NCBI RefSeq assembly: GCF_006345805.1
Contig: NC_043002.1
Location: 104,780,001 to 104,844,000 of the forward strand
Direction: 5' to 3'
Length of the DNA: 64,000 nt
Origin: Octopus sinensis
Lineage: Eukaryota
The notes beneath the pieces were generated by a model, which was not told the origin of the DNA, made no database searches, and worked only from the letters and a program-made list of their open reading frames with translations. A program made the position numbers and the translations under genes. Numbering within the stretch: position 1 is the stretch's first letter; each line of letters begins with the position of its first letter. This document shows, piece by piece, positions 54,204 through 64,000 of the stretch.

Positions 54204-54696
54204 ATGTACATATATTGATAGATAGATATATAGATAGATAGATTGATAGGCATACGCTGTTAGTGTGCATATATATGCAAACATCCACACACACTCGCGC
54301 GCATATACACATATACACATATACTTCCCGTTAGTACAAAGTGATGACTTTGCATCAGAATGTTGTTTTTTTTATTTTCCCTCTGTCAATCTTAATACTT
54401 GTTTACAAGCAAGTATTGCTATCACCATTCATATAAAAACACAGACAACGCTTATATATGGTGATTAAGGAAACTTCCTCCCATGTCAATTTATCAAAAC
54501 TTCATGATTTCTGTTATTTATTCCTACAAAATTCTCAAATAGTCTTATCAACAGCATTTTGTTATATCCGTTTATATCCATCTGCAGTAGTAGAATGATT
54601 GCATACTTTATGTAAATATAATGTCTGACAATTGTGCTTTTCATAGTTGATGGTGATACACACACACACATACGCACGCAGAGACACACAGACATG

Positions 54697-54751
<55 letters not shown>

Positions 54752-54854
54752 CTGTGTTTCTCTGCGTGTGTATCGTTCAAAATGTGACCACGTATGTATC
54801 GTTGGCGATTTTATTCCCCCCGTCTTCCCTTCCTTGGATCTTTCCTTTTCCTAT

Positions 54855-54889
54855 GTTTCTGACGAAGAGCTCCGCTCGAAACGTTAAGT
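54855..54889 (+). ncRNA. Minimal type I hammerhead ribozyme motif, second copy
   Basis: Core identical to 19832-19862; the stem I 3' strand AAGT can pair with GTTT through two G:U wobbles. Confidence 0.65.
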
Positions 54890-55322
54890 ACTCCTTCTTT
54901 CTTTCCTTTTCCTGAGCGTCCCAAAACACCCCAACCCCCCCAGCCGAACCCACACCCCACTCGTGCTTTCCCGCACTCTCGCCTCCCCCACCTTCCTAAC
55001 AACATCACACCGAGCCACACTACGCCATACAATATTACACATCACATCACAACACACAACACACACACACCAGCATTGACCAATACCCATCCCCACATCA
55101 TACGTATATTCGCGCGACTGTGTGTGTAGTTTTTGCTTTGATTGTCGGAATACAGACTGGTTGGTGTCATACTAGAGAGTAATTATATATTTCATTTCGG
55201 TTATATATACACTGTAATACACAAATTTTGAAGATGTATAATACTCCATTCTTCTTTAGAATGTGATAATTATAGATATATATTTATATAGGAGGAGATT
55301 CCCCAAAGTAGGTGGAAATATT

Positions 55323-55537
55323 TATTTATTTATTGCCCACAGGGGGCCAAACATAGAGGGGACAAACAAGGATAGACAAATTAATTTTATTGGCCCCCAG
55401 TGCATATATGGTACTTATTTAATCGATCCCGAAAGGATGAACAGCAAAGGTGACCTCGGTGGAGTTTGAACTCAGAACGCAATGGCAGTCGAAGTATTTC
55501 GCCCGGCGTGCTAACGATTCTGCCAGCTAGCCGCCCT
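55323..55537 (-). mobile_element. SINE family B, full length, with Tx1-like tail
   Basis: Perfect 17-bp TSD AAGTAGGTGGAAATATT at 55306-55322 and 55538-55554; head GGCGGCTAGCTGGCAGAATCGTTAGCAC; tail ends in (AATA)n. Confidence 0.9.
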
Positions 55538-55758
55538 AAGTAGGTGGAAATATTCTATATGTGAATAGCCCTTTGTATTTCAGGCTTCCACCGCTAGAAG
55601 ACACTAGACGCGACCCTCAGGCACCAGTACGCCGACCAGTGTTGTCGGATGAAGCCGTACTGCCACGTGGTGCGTGTTTGTTTTACAGTGCTTCTCACCT
55701 GTTCCTCGATTTTTGCGATGACTTAAAAGAAGGAACAGCGTGATTCCATGAACTTCAC

Positions 55759-56035
55759 TAAGTATGGTTGCCTATACTGAAGGTCACCTCGGGTGAGCAG
55801 GGGTGTGTGAACCAGATAGTTTTCATATTCCTATGTTTCCTCTTCTCTATTGTTGGACTGGTAGCATGTGTGTAGGTTATTTCTTCGCTAAAACCACTAG
55901 GCAAGTATTTCTTAGCACTGATAGATAGACATTTTCCAGTCAACCATACTTACAGAAATCTCTTCAATAGACATAACTTAAAAATCAGTTTCAGCTGAAC
56001 TACCAATTTTAAAAATATAATCGAACACAATATCT
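55759..56035. mobile_element. Penelope-like ORF remnant with an internal inversion
   Basis: Minus strand: SGFSEEITY...KRKHRNMKTIWFTHPCS...IG. Plus strand: GKYFLALIDRHFP.NH.YRNLFNRHNLKISFS. These are consecutive parts of the Penelope RT-to-GIY-YIG linker. Confidence 0.75.
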
Positions 56036-56329
56036 CGAAACTCAATATCAATATCTCGAAAGTTGCCTTTACATAGAAACCTACATTAAATCTATATTCC
56101 TTTTGCTCTACTTACTGAGCGCCAACTTCTTATTCTGTATCGAAAATGCATTTCCTTCTATTTTCTTCTTCTTATATATATATATACATACATATGTGTG
56201 TATGTGTGTGTGTGTGTGTGTGTAGAAGGTGTTTAGAAGCCTTTTAAAAACACACAAAAAAAAACCTTCAATATTTAAATTTTTATCTGTCAAATTATTT
56301 TCGTCGCTTTGAAAAGGCGACCTGTTCGC

Positions 56330-56570
56330 TGACAAAATTCCGATCATTTCTCGGTTTCAGGACGACGAAAAGTTCACCGTAAAGTTCTTGGGTATCCTCT
56401 TTATCGACAGCATGGTCATTATTTACGTACACTGGGTTCCATGTCGCTGGACAGTTATCAAGGAGTACATCGTAGAAGTTCTGAGAGACTTCAGGAAGAA
56501 ATTTCGTTGCAAAGGGCCTGCTTTCAACCTTTCGGATCATTGGTTCATGTACCAGGACAATGTACTAGGA
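56330..56570 (+). mobile_element. Mariner transposase catalytic-domain fragment
   Basis: FIDSMVIIYVHWVP...TVIKEYIVEVLRDFRKKFRCK...WFMYQDN resembles the mariner region ending in HQDNA. Confidence 0.8.
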
Positions 56571-56573
56571 ATG

Positions 56574-56608
<35 letters not shown>

Positions 56609-56623
56609 GATATACATATAGAT

Positions 56624-56658
<35 letters not shown>

Positions 56659-56689
56659 ATATATATATATATATATAATATATATATAT

Positions 56690-56768
<79 letters not shown>

Positions 56769-57789
56769 GACTGATAGATAGATATAGATATAGATATATA
56801 GATATGTATATAGATATATATACATACGTATACGTGTGTGTGTACAAATGTATGTATTTAAGTATGTATATTAGAATTTTGCAAGCATTAAATTATCAAT
56901 TTGTTTAACAGAGAATTACATATTTAGCTTCGAAAGTACTTTTTTTTCTCTATAAAATGGTTTCAAAATACATTTGAACTGCTTTTAATTCTTCAATATA
57001 TTCACTAAAGGAGATACAACATTTTCTGTGTTATTAAAATACTTAATTTTTATCTATTACTGTTCTCGACATTTTTCTTCGGGTTTTTCCGACCCTCATT
57101 TACCCTCTACGACTGTAAGCCTGATTCTTTTATGCCTCTCTACAGACATATGACCGACTGTGTGGTGCATCCACCATCATGGGGATTTTTGGCTCTTTTT
57201 TTTTTTTTTTGCTAATCTCATGAGGTAATTGAAGCAGAAAAGCAATATATTTTACCGCTGTAGATATTTGTGACGGAATAATATTGTTATTTTGAATTTT
57301 ATGATTGGTAATATTTTTCTTGCGGCACTTTGTGTCATTACAGAATTTTGTTGTCGCTTGGAAACAATTATACATTTTGTCGAAATATTACGCTGAGATA
57401 TGTTGTGAAGTAACTCTTCTCTAAGGTAAAAATGGTAAACTGATGCAAATTGTTGAATATATGCGTCACTGTGTGTGTGTGTGTGTGTATGTGTGTATGA
57501 GGTATAGAAGTATATGTACGTATATATACATACACACTTACAACGCACCAACGCACGCATATATAAATGGCTGGATGAATTGTTGGTATCTTGTACAGCT
57601 GACAGGATCATGCACTTCGGTCGACCTACACTTTGAAAGTGAGAATGTGTAGACTACATTTTATGTGTAATTCAAAATGTGCGACATTTTCATATGCGCA
57701 CATACTGTGTCATGTTGATTCTGCTGTGCAATTATGTGCCTGTGTAAGCCTTAGCCACATCTATCTTTAATTTCAGTGCAGCGGTTTCA

Positions 57790-58162
57790 TTTTACACTTT
57801 TACTTGCTTCAGCCATTTGACTGCGGTCATGCTGGAGCACCGCCTTTAGTCGAGCAAATCGACCCCAGGACTTATTCTTTGTAAGCCTAGTACTTATTCT
57901 ATCGGCCTCTTTTGCCGAACCGCTAAGTTACGGGGACGTAAACACCCCAGCATCGGTTGTCAAACGATGTTGGGGGGGACAAACACAGACACACAAGCAT
58001 ATACATACACATACATATATACGACGGGCTTCTTTCAGTTTCCGTCTACTAAATCCACTCACAAGGCTTTGGTCGGCTCGAGGCTACAATAGAAGACACT
58101 TGCCCATGGTGCCACCCAGTGGGACTGAACCCGGAACCATGTGGTTGGTAAGCAAACTACTT
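57790..58162 (-). mobile_element. SINE family A, 3' portion (split by the Tx1 insertion)
   Basis: The family A sequence stops at TAAGCAAACTACTT and resumes at 62649. Confidence 0.92.
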
Positions 58163-58368
58163 TATTTCATGAAAATTCGCCATTAAGGCGTTGTATAGAG
58201 GGGACATACAAATACAAACATATAGGGTGTTGTAGCTTAAAACGTTTTAGTATTTACAATATAATGTGTACAATATTTACAATATAAAGTTTACAAATTT
58301 AATATTACACAGTAGGGCAAGGAACCCAGCCATCTGGGAAGAACCTTTACTTCTTGATCCGGCCACAC

Positions 58369-61063
58369 TTACCTGTTGCCAAATATACCCAGCTTGCAAG
58401 CTACAGACATCCGTCTTTTCACAAACATATCTCGTGACAGACACCTCTTCTCCAGCCTGATCTTACTACCGAGGTGGTAACTAAAAAAGTTAACCAACCC
58501 CTGGCCGGATACAAAGGTACCTGTCACTATACCTTTCGTACGCGTCTTCCATACTGTTTCTTTCAGTATGGCTACTACGCAAGAAAAACAAGCCTTCCTT
58601 TCCCTGCTGAGGAAGGGTGGTGCCACAATCTCAATGATAGACTCCGCTGATAGCTGTACTCTTCCATTCACTGACAACAGTTGTTCGGCAAAAGCAATCA
58701 GTCCCGATAACTCCGGGCACTCCACGAATGCGTGCAAGACGGTTTCTCTATCCTGCTCACATGGCGGACATGTCGGCGAGACGGCACTACCGTGCCTTGA
58801 CAGCTTGCCGCGAACAGGTAACGCCGCACGGAAACACTGCCAGGCCAGGGATTTCTGGTAATTATCCAGATACCCCGGTCCGAACGTTCTCCGGAACAGG
58901 TTGATCACCTGATTTTCATCGTAGCCCAGGGTCTCTCCCAAGGCGTCTTCGGACTTAACCTCCACTAACTAGCTAAAGAAATCCGCGGTGGAACTCCTGT
59001 TGCCGGCTTTGCCCGCCTGAGAGAGTAGCTGAAGTGCCTGACGGCACTCCAATTGCCAGTCCCCCAGCCTAGGTCTCTGCTTGATCCAATTACCAATGTC
59101 CGTTAAGGACGTTAATCGCGGAAGGTAGAACCGAACGTGCTTCAACCTTAACGCGAATTTTCGCATCTTCAGCCAAGGCATCCCTAGCCCACCCTTTAGC
59201 GGTTTCTGGCAGCAGACAGAGCGCTTCACAATTGGCTTTCCTCCTTTCCACAAAAAGTAGAAAAGGATTCTCTCCAACTTGTTCAGCCACAAATCGGGGC
59301 AAGGCACCACGGTCAGGCGGTAGGTGACTACTGATGCTATGAACATCTGCACCACCCCCGCCCTCCCTAGCAGGGATAACGCCCGTCCAGACCAGGTCTG
59401 GGTTAGAGCGGTCAACCTGCCGGCCACCTCACTCCAATTTTTCTCTATCTGGAGGTCTGGCCCGAACCAGACTCCGAGCAGCTTAACAGGACCTTCCGTC
59501 CAACGCCCCACGACGTTATTGGACGGCATCGGCTTGCCCCTCCAGGTGCCGAGTTGCAAACCGACCGACTTGTCCTTGTTCACCTTTGCTCCTGCCACCG
59601 CCTCGCAGCTTTTTATGGCCTCTTCCACCACTGGAAGCTGGCCTCATCTGCCACGATGATGGAGATGTCATCCGCATACGCCGTAGCTCCTCTTCCACAC
59701 CATAGATCATGCGGTGCGCCCCCTAGTGCCTCCAGCTTCCGCAGCAAAGGCTCAAGAGCCAACACATATAGAAGCGGGGACAGGGGACACCCCTGACGAA
59801 CTGAACGCTCGATCCTGAACGGCTTCGAAAGGAAGCCGTTCACCTTGACCACAGACTCGATGTCGCTATACAAAGCAGCGATCCAACTGCGAAAGGTCGG
59901 GCCCAGGCCAGCCTCCCCGAGGACCGCCCCCAAGTACCGATGGTCGACCCTATCATATGCCTTGGACTGGTCTAAATGTAACAGTGCCCCCCCCCCAGTG
60001 CCAGAAAGCTTCCCCACCCTCTCTAAGGAGGGTGTATCGTCCTGCTTGGAATAGCGCACGTTTGCGCTTCCCCGACAAGTTTGTCCACGCCCCGCGCCAA
60101 CCTTTTCGCTAGCACCTTGGTCAAAAGCTTTAACTCTGTATTCAGCAGAGTTATGGGCCTGAAGTTCCCTATCTCGTCCCCCTTGCTCGGGTCCTTCCTG
60201 ATCAAAGTCACCACTCCCCGGCTCGCACACTTGGGAATTCGCCCATTCTGCTGCCAGTTGGCGAAGACGCTAGCCAACAGGTACCCGAACAAGTCTGGCA
60301 TACTTTTATAAAACTCATAAGGCAGACCATCGAGACCCGGCAACTTCTCCCCGGGGCACTCGCCCAACACCTCGATTACTTCCTCGGCTGTGATTGGCCC
60401 CTCACAGCACTCAGCCTCTCGTGCCGAGAGACGCAGGCCACCAGACAGGAAGTCCCCAAGGGCCTCACCATGATCCAGCGCCCCGCACCTCCCGAACAAC
60501 TCGGCGAAGTGCTTGTAAAGTGCCTCACACATCTCGTCCTGCTCCTTCACCATGCATCCTTTTCCGTCAGCAAGAGTCCTAATTGTGGCATTGTTGCCAC
60601 GCTGGGTTTCTATCGTATGGGCCCATCCGGCAACATTAATTCCCTCACGGCCCAATGCTCGCACTTTAGCCCGAACTCTACACCCCTCATGTTTGGTTTT
60701 GAGGTGACGGTCTAATGCCGTTCTCGCCGCCAAAACGTGAGATGCAGAGCCCAACCTCAACGCCTCCTCTAAGTTCTTAGTTAATTGCCCTATTCTAGCC
60801 CTGTCTAATCTTAGTTGCTTACTAAACTTAATTGACTCGAATCGAATTTTCAGGGCGAACCACCACCGGTTATTAACCATGGCTCCGGTTAACGCCCTCT
60901 GCACTAACTCCTTAATCCGACTGCGGTATGCCTCACAAGTCAAAATAGACTTGTTCAGCGTCCAGTAGCCGGGTCCTATCTTTAGTATGCTACCTATGTC
61001 CAGTCTACACTTGACCATTCTATGGTCAGTATAGGGCACCTGGACGAGCTGTTGGTGCCGCAT
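58369..61063 (-). pseudogene. Tx1/L1 ORF2 (last endonuclease motif, RT, C-terminal CCHC), frameshifted
   Basis: TDH, GPGYW.LN, PGLDGLPYEFY, NFRPITLLN, LDQSKAYDRVDH, QGCPLSPLLY, YADD and CPPCEQDRETVLHAFVEC. Most of the endonuclease is missing. Confidence 0.93.
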
Positions 61064-61152
61064 CTTCTAAGGGGGTTAGGTAATTTTGTTTTTGTAGGGA
61101 CTTGTGCGTGCCGGGGCTGGGTTTTTCCATACTTTGTTTGGGGACTAGCACC

Positions 61153-62046
61153 TCAACAACGGGGGTGGGAGTTTTTGTGTTTGTGGGGGTTGGTTTGTTT
61201 GCGGGGGTGGGTTTTTTTGGTTACTTGAGGGGCCTGGTGTTTGCGACAACTTTTTTTCTTTTCTTCACAATCAGCTCGAATGTGGCCCTTTTTTCCGCAT
61301 TGGTAACAGGTGGGCTTACGGCCTTCCACCTGTACACTAAGGGCCACATTCTCCCCAACTAGCACTCTCTCTGGTAGGACCTGAATGTCCTCCTGTTTTC
61401 CTTGTATTAAAACAGTGATATTCCGCCCAAACCAATTCTGTGGGGCAGGACTTGTAGTTCGTGGTATGCTTATACGGTCCGTTCTATTAAACAGCAGGGC
61501 GGCCACCACTTCTTTAGGGTCTACTGTAGGTGGGACTTCGTTGATTCTTACACGGGATGTTCTTCGTCCCATATAAGTTGGCAGAAGTACCACTTCTTTG
61601 GTCTTCAGGGGACACACGGAATGCCTGCGAGCCACCTCTTCCTCTGGGAATTGGACCTCAACGGAACCGTATGCCCGTCCCCTCGAGATGTACACTATAT
61701 CCCTCCATATCGGGGCCAGGCATTTTTCTATAGTTTCTTTTAGGAAGTGCTTAAACCTTTTGTCTTGTGGGCAGAAGGTTTTATACACCAAGGTCCTCTT
61801 CTCTGTTTCTAACACGGTGGAGGAGGGTGATATCACAACATCACCTCCCTCTTCCTTCATCCTTTTAAAATATCCCTGCAACATGTCTGCAGATATATCA
61901 ATAATTTCGGTTGCCACTGCGGCAACTGCCGAAAATCTTTTCACAGTGTTGGCACAATTGCCAACATCAACATTGTTCTCTACAAGAGCAGACTTTTCAT
62001 GTATTATTTCAACCGACGTGGTTGAAGATAAATTGGTTTCCCACAA
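61153..62046 (-). pseudogene. Tx1/L1 ORF1, gag-like with a CCHC zinc knuckle
   Basis: 297-aa ORF with VEGRKPTCYQCGKKGHIRADC; the C-terminus is frameshifted or truncated. Confidence 0.85.
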
Positions 62047-62648
62047 AACTGGGAGACGTTTAGAAAAGTTTTCCTCTCGTAGAGGACAAAAATGATTATA
62101 TCCGCAGTCGAAAGTTCAAATCCCACCCCTGCTGGTGGGTGAGACGTAGCAACAAAGTCTACGACGATTCGAAATTAATTTTTCACACAACAACGAAATC
62201 CCCAAAAAAGGAATCCTATATTTTTTCCTCACAACGACGACAACAGTTCAAATCTCGCCCGTGCTACGGGTGGATGCCACAATAGAGCCTACAATGGCTA
62301 AAATTTAATTTTTTCACAACAATTTCCTATCCCCAAAACGGGAAGCCTATAATATTTTTTTTTCTCTTAATAAGGATAACAGTTCAAATACCACCCCCGC
62401 GGGGGGGGGGCAAGACAATAAAGCGTACAGCGGCTTTAACAAGTTCAACATCAACAATATTAATAAATTTAATATTAATTATTTCAGTCTTACAACAATT
62501 ACTTTTTCCCGTCACCGGGAAGAAGCACAAAAATCCACAAAGTTCACGAAAATATTTAACAATAAACGTTCAACTGCAGAAAAAATAGCCGCGTGCGATA
62601 ACACGTGTGACTCACCGCCAAAAAAACACGTCTGACTTCGACGAAGGT

Positions 62649-62685
62649 TAAGCAAGCTACTTACCACACAGCCACTCCTACGCCT
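62649..62685 (-). mobile_element. SINE family A 5' head (remainder of the split copy)
   Basis: Reverse complement AGGCGTAGGAGTGGCTGTGTGGTAAGTAGCTTGCTTA. Confidence 0.9.
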
Positions 62686-63669
62686 ATCTGAAGAAAAATC
62701 TAAATCCTCATCGTTGAACGACGGAGATCCACTCGTCAGAATACATGAAACCGAAAGATTGTGATATACTTATCGATCGATCGATGGATAAATAAATAAA
62801 TATAAAGAGAGAGGGAGAGAGAAGGATTGACAGGGAGAGAATCAGAGAGAGAGAGAGAGTGAGGCAGTGATTGAAAGAGATTAACGGACGAAGAGACAAA
62901 AATTTGAATAGACTCAGCAATGAATCTTTGGATAATTGATTAAGTACATACGTAATAAATATAATTGAAGTTGTTATAGATATTATCTAATTTTAGTAAA
63001 TTAAGCAAGCAATTTGGGATACAAAGAGAGAGGAAGACAGAGGAGAAGGGGCAAAAAGAGAGAAGAACTCATCACGAAATAAATCGGTAGGAGACTCTCT
63101 GAGCTTCGATGTTGTCGACGTAGTCTTTCGAAATATAGATCGGTCTCCGTCAAATCATTCCCTTCGGTCTTAAAAAAACGAACATTTTACTTATCAAATA
63201 CATCCTATCTGGAAAGATAAAAAGTGATGGAAAGATTCTTGATTCCCATCACAGGGATTCTAAACCGGTATTTGTGTTTGTACACACAAACACACGCATA
63301 CACGCACATACATTTCTCTCTCTTTCTTCTCCCTCTCTCTCTCTGTATATATATATATTAATATATATATGTGCGTGTGTGTCTGTGTAATGATTTCTCT
63401 ATTTGTGAACACACACGCATATGTAAATGTAGGTATAACAAAACGATTATATTGTAGTATTTCATATCGCCAAGTACAATCATTCAATTGTCACTTGTAC
63501 GTGACAGTTAAGTGACATCTGATATCTAAAATTTGCTAATATCAAGCTGCGAAGTCTCAAGGGAAAGACAAAACTGTCTCGAAAAGTGTATAGAAATTGA
63601 GCTTAGCACATGTGATCATTATTTTTGACGATCATCTCCAGAAACAAAATCCACTTTCGAACGAATCTA

Positions 63670-64000
63670 TTGCGTCATCCCATAAATAATGCGTTTTTTT
63701 TCTATCGCGTGACCTAAATGTCGGAAGAGGACGGGATAAACTACCTGCATCAACTTGCTATAAAAGCAGGTAATAATTTTACCTTGTACTTATTCTTAGT
63801 GCAAGTTTTGAAGAGTGCAGTTCGACTTTAACAGTTATATTTTCAGAGATATAATGGATGTGACAAAGGAGCATATTCGGCATTTTTTGCCTTATGAGTT
63901 CAGTAACGGCAAAAATCACAACGGAAAATACGATGGAATATTAATGCAGTATATGGGGATCGGACAATAAGCGTAAGCCAGTGTGAACAGTGGTTCCAGA
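63670..64000 (+). mobile_element. Mariner element left end with transposase N-terminal HTH, running off the window
   Basis: ATG at 63854: MDVTKEHIRHFLPYEF...(frameshift)NINAVYGDRTISVSQCEQWFQ. Probable terminal inverted repeat after the TA at 63668-63669. Confidence 0.82.

Larger units (their letters stand above)
58163..62648 (-). mobile_element. Tx1/L1-clade LINE with both ends present and an internal deletion
   Basis: 14-bp TSD TAAGCAA(A/G)CTACTT at 58149-58162 and 62649-62662; gag-like ORF1, RT ORF2 and an AATAAA 3' end. Confidence 0.92.

Noticed and set aside
63070-63225. Minus-strand acceptor (tttttatctttccAG) with downstream unique sequence
   Set aside because: The frames I read close quickly and no donor or domain is evident; a non-coding exon cannot be shown from sequence alone.

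Overview
This is eukaryotic, AT-rich, microsatellite-dense DNA made mostly of transposable elements. The SINE families and repeat content resemble a coleoid cephalopod (octopus-like) genome; that is an inference from recall, not a database result. I find no intact host gene, true tRNA/rRNA gene or CRISPR array, and most listed ORFs are translations of simple repeats. Main contents: a near full-length CR1/L2-group LINE with a multi-CCCH ORF1 (14.9-18.7 kb); an internally deleted Tx1/L1-type LINE inserted in the tRNA head of a SINE (58.2-62.6 kb); several R4/Dong-like fragments and a non-coding ~500-bp element sitting in (TAA)n tracts; three tRNA-derived SINE families; and RTE, Penelope and mariner remnants. 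Best leads: a SINE sharing a 3' tail motif and small hairpin with the Tx1 LINE, two minimal hammerhead ribozyme cores, an exon-like segment copied in inverted orientation into a Penelope terminal repeat, and a decayed TIR-domain locus. All alignments were done by eye, so boundaries are approximate except where target-site duplications (TSDs) are given.
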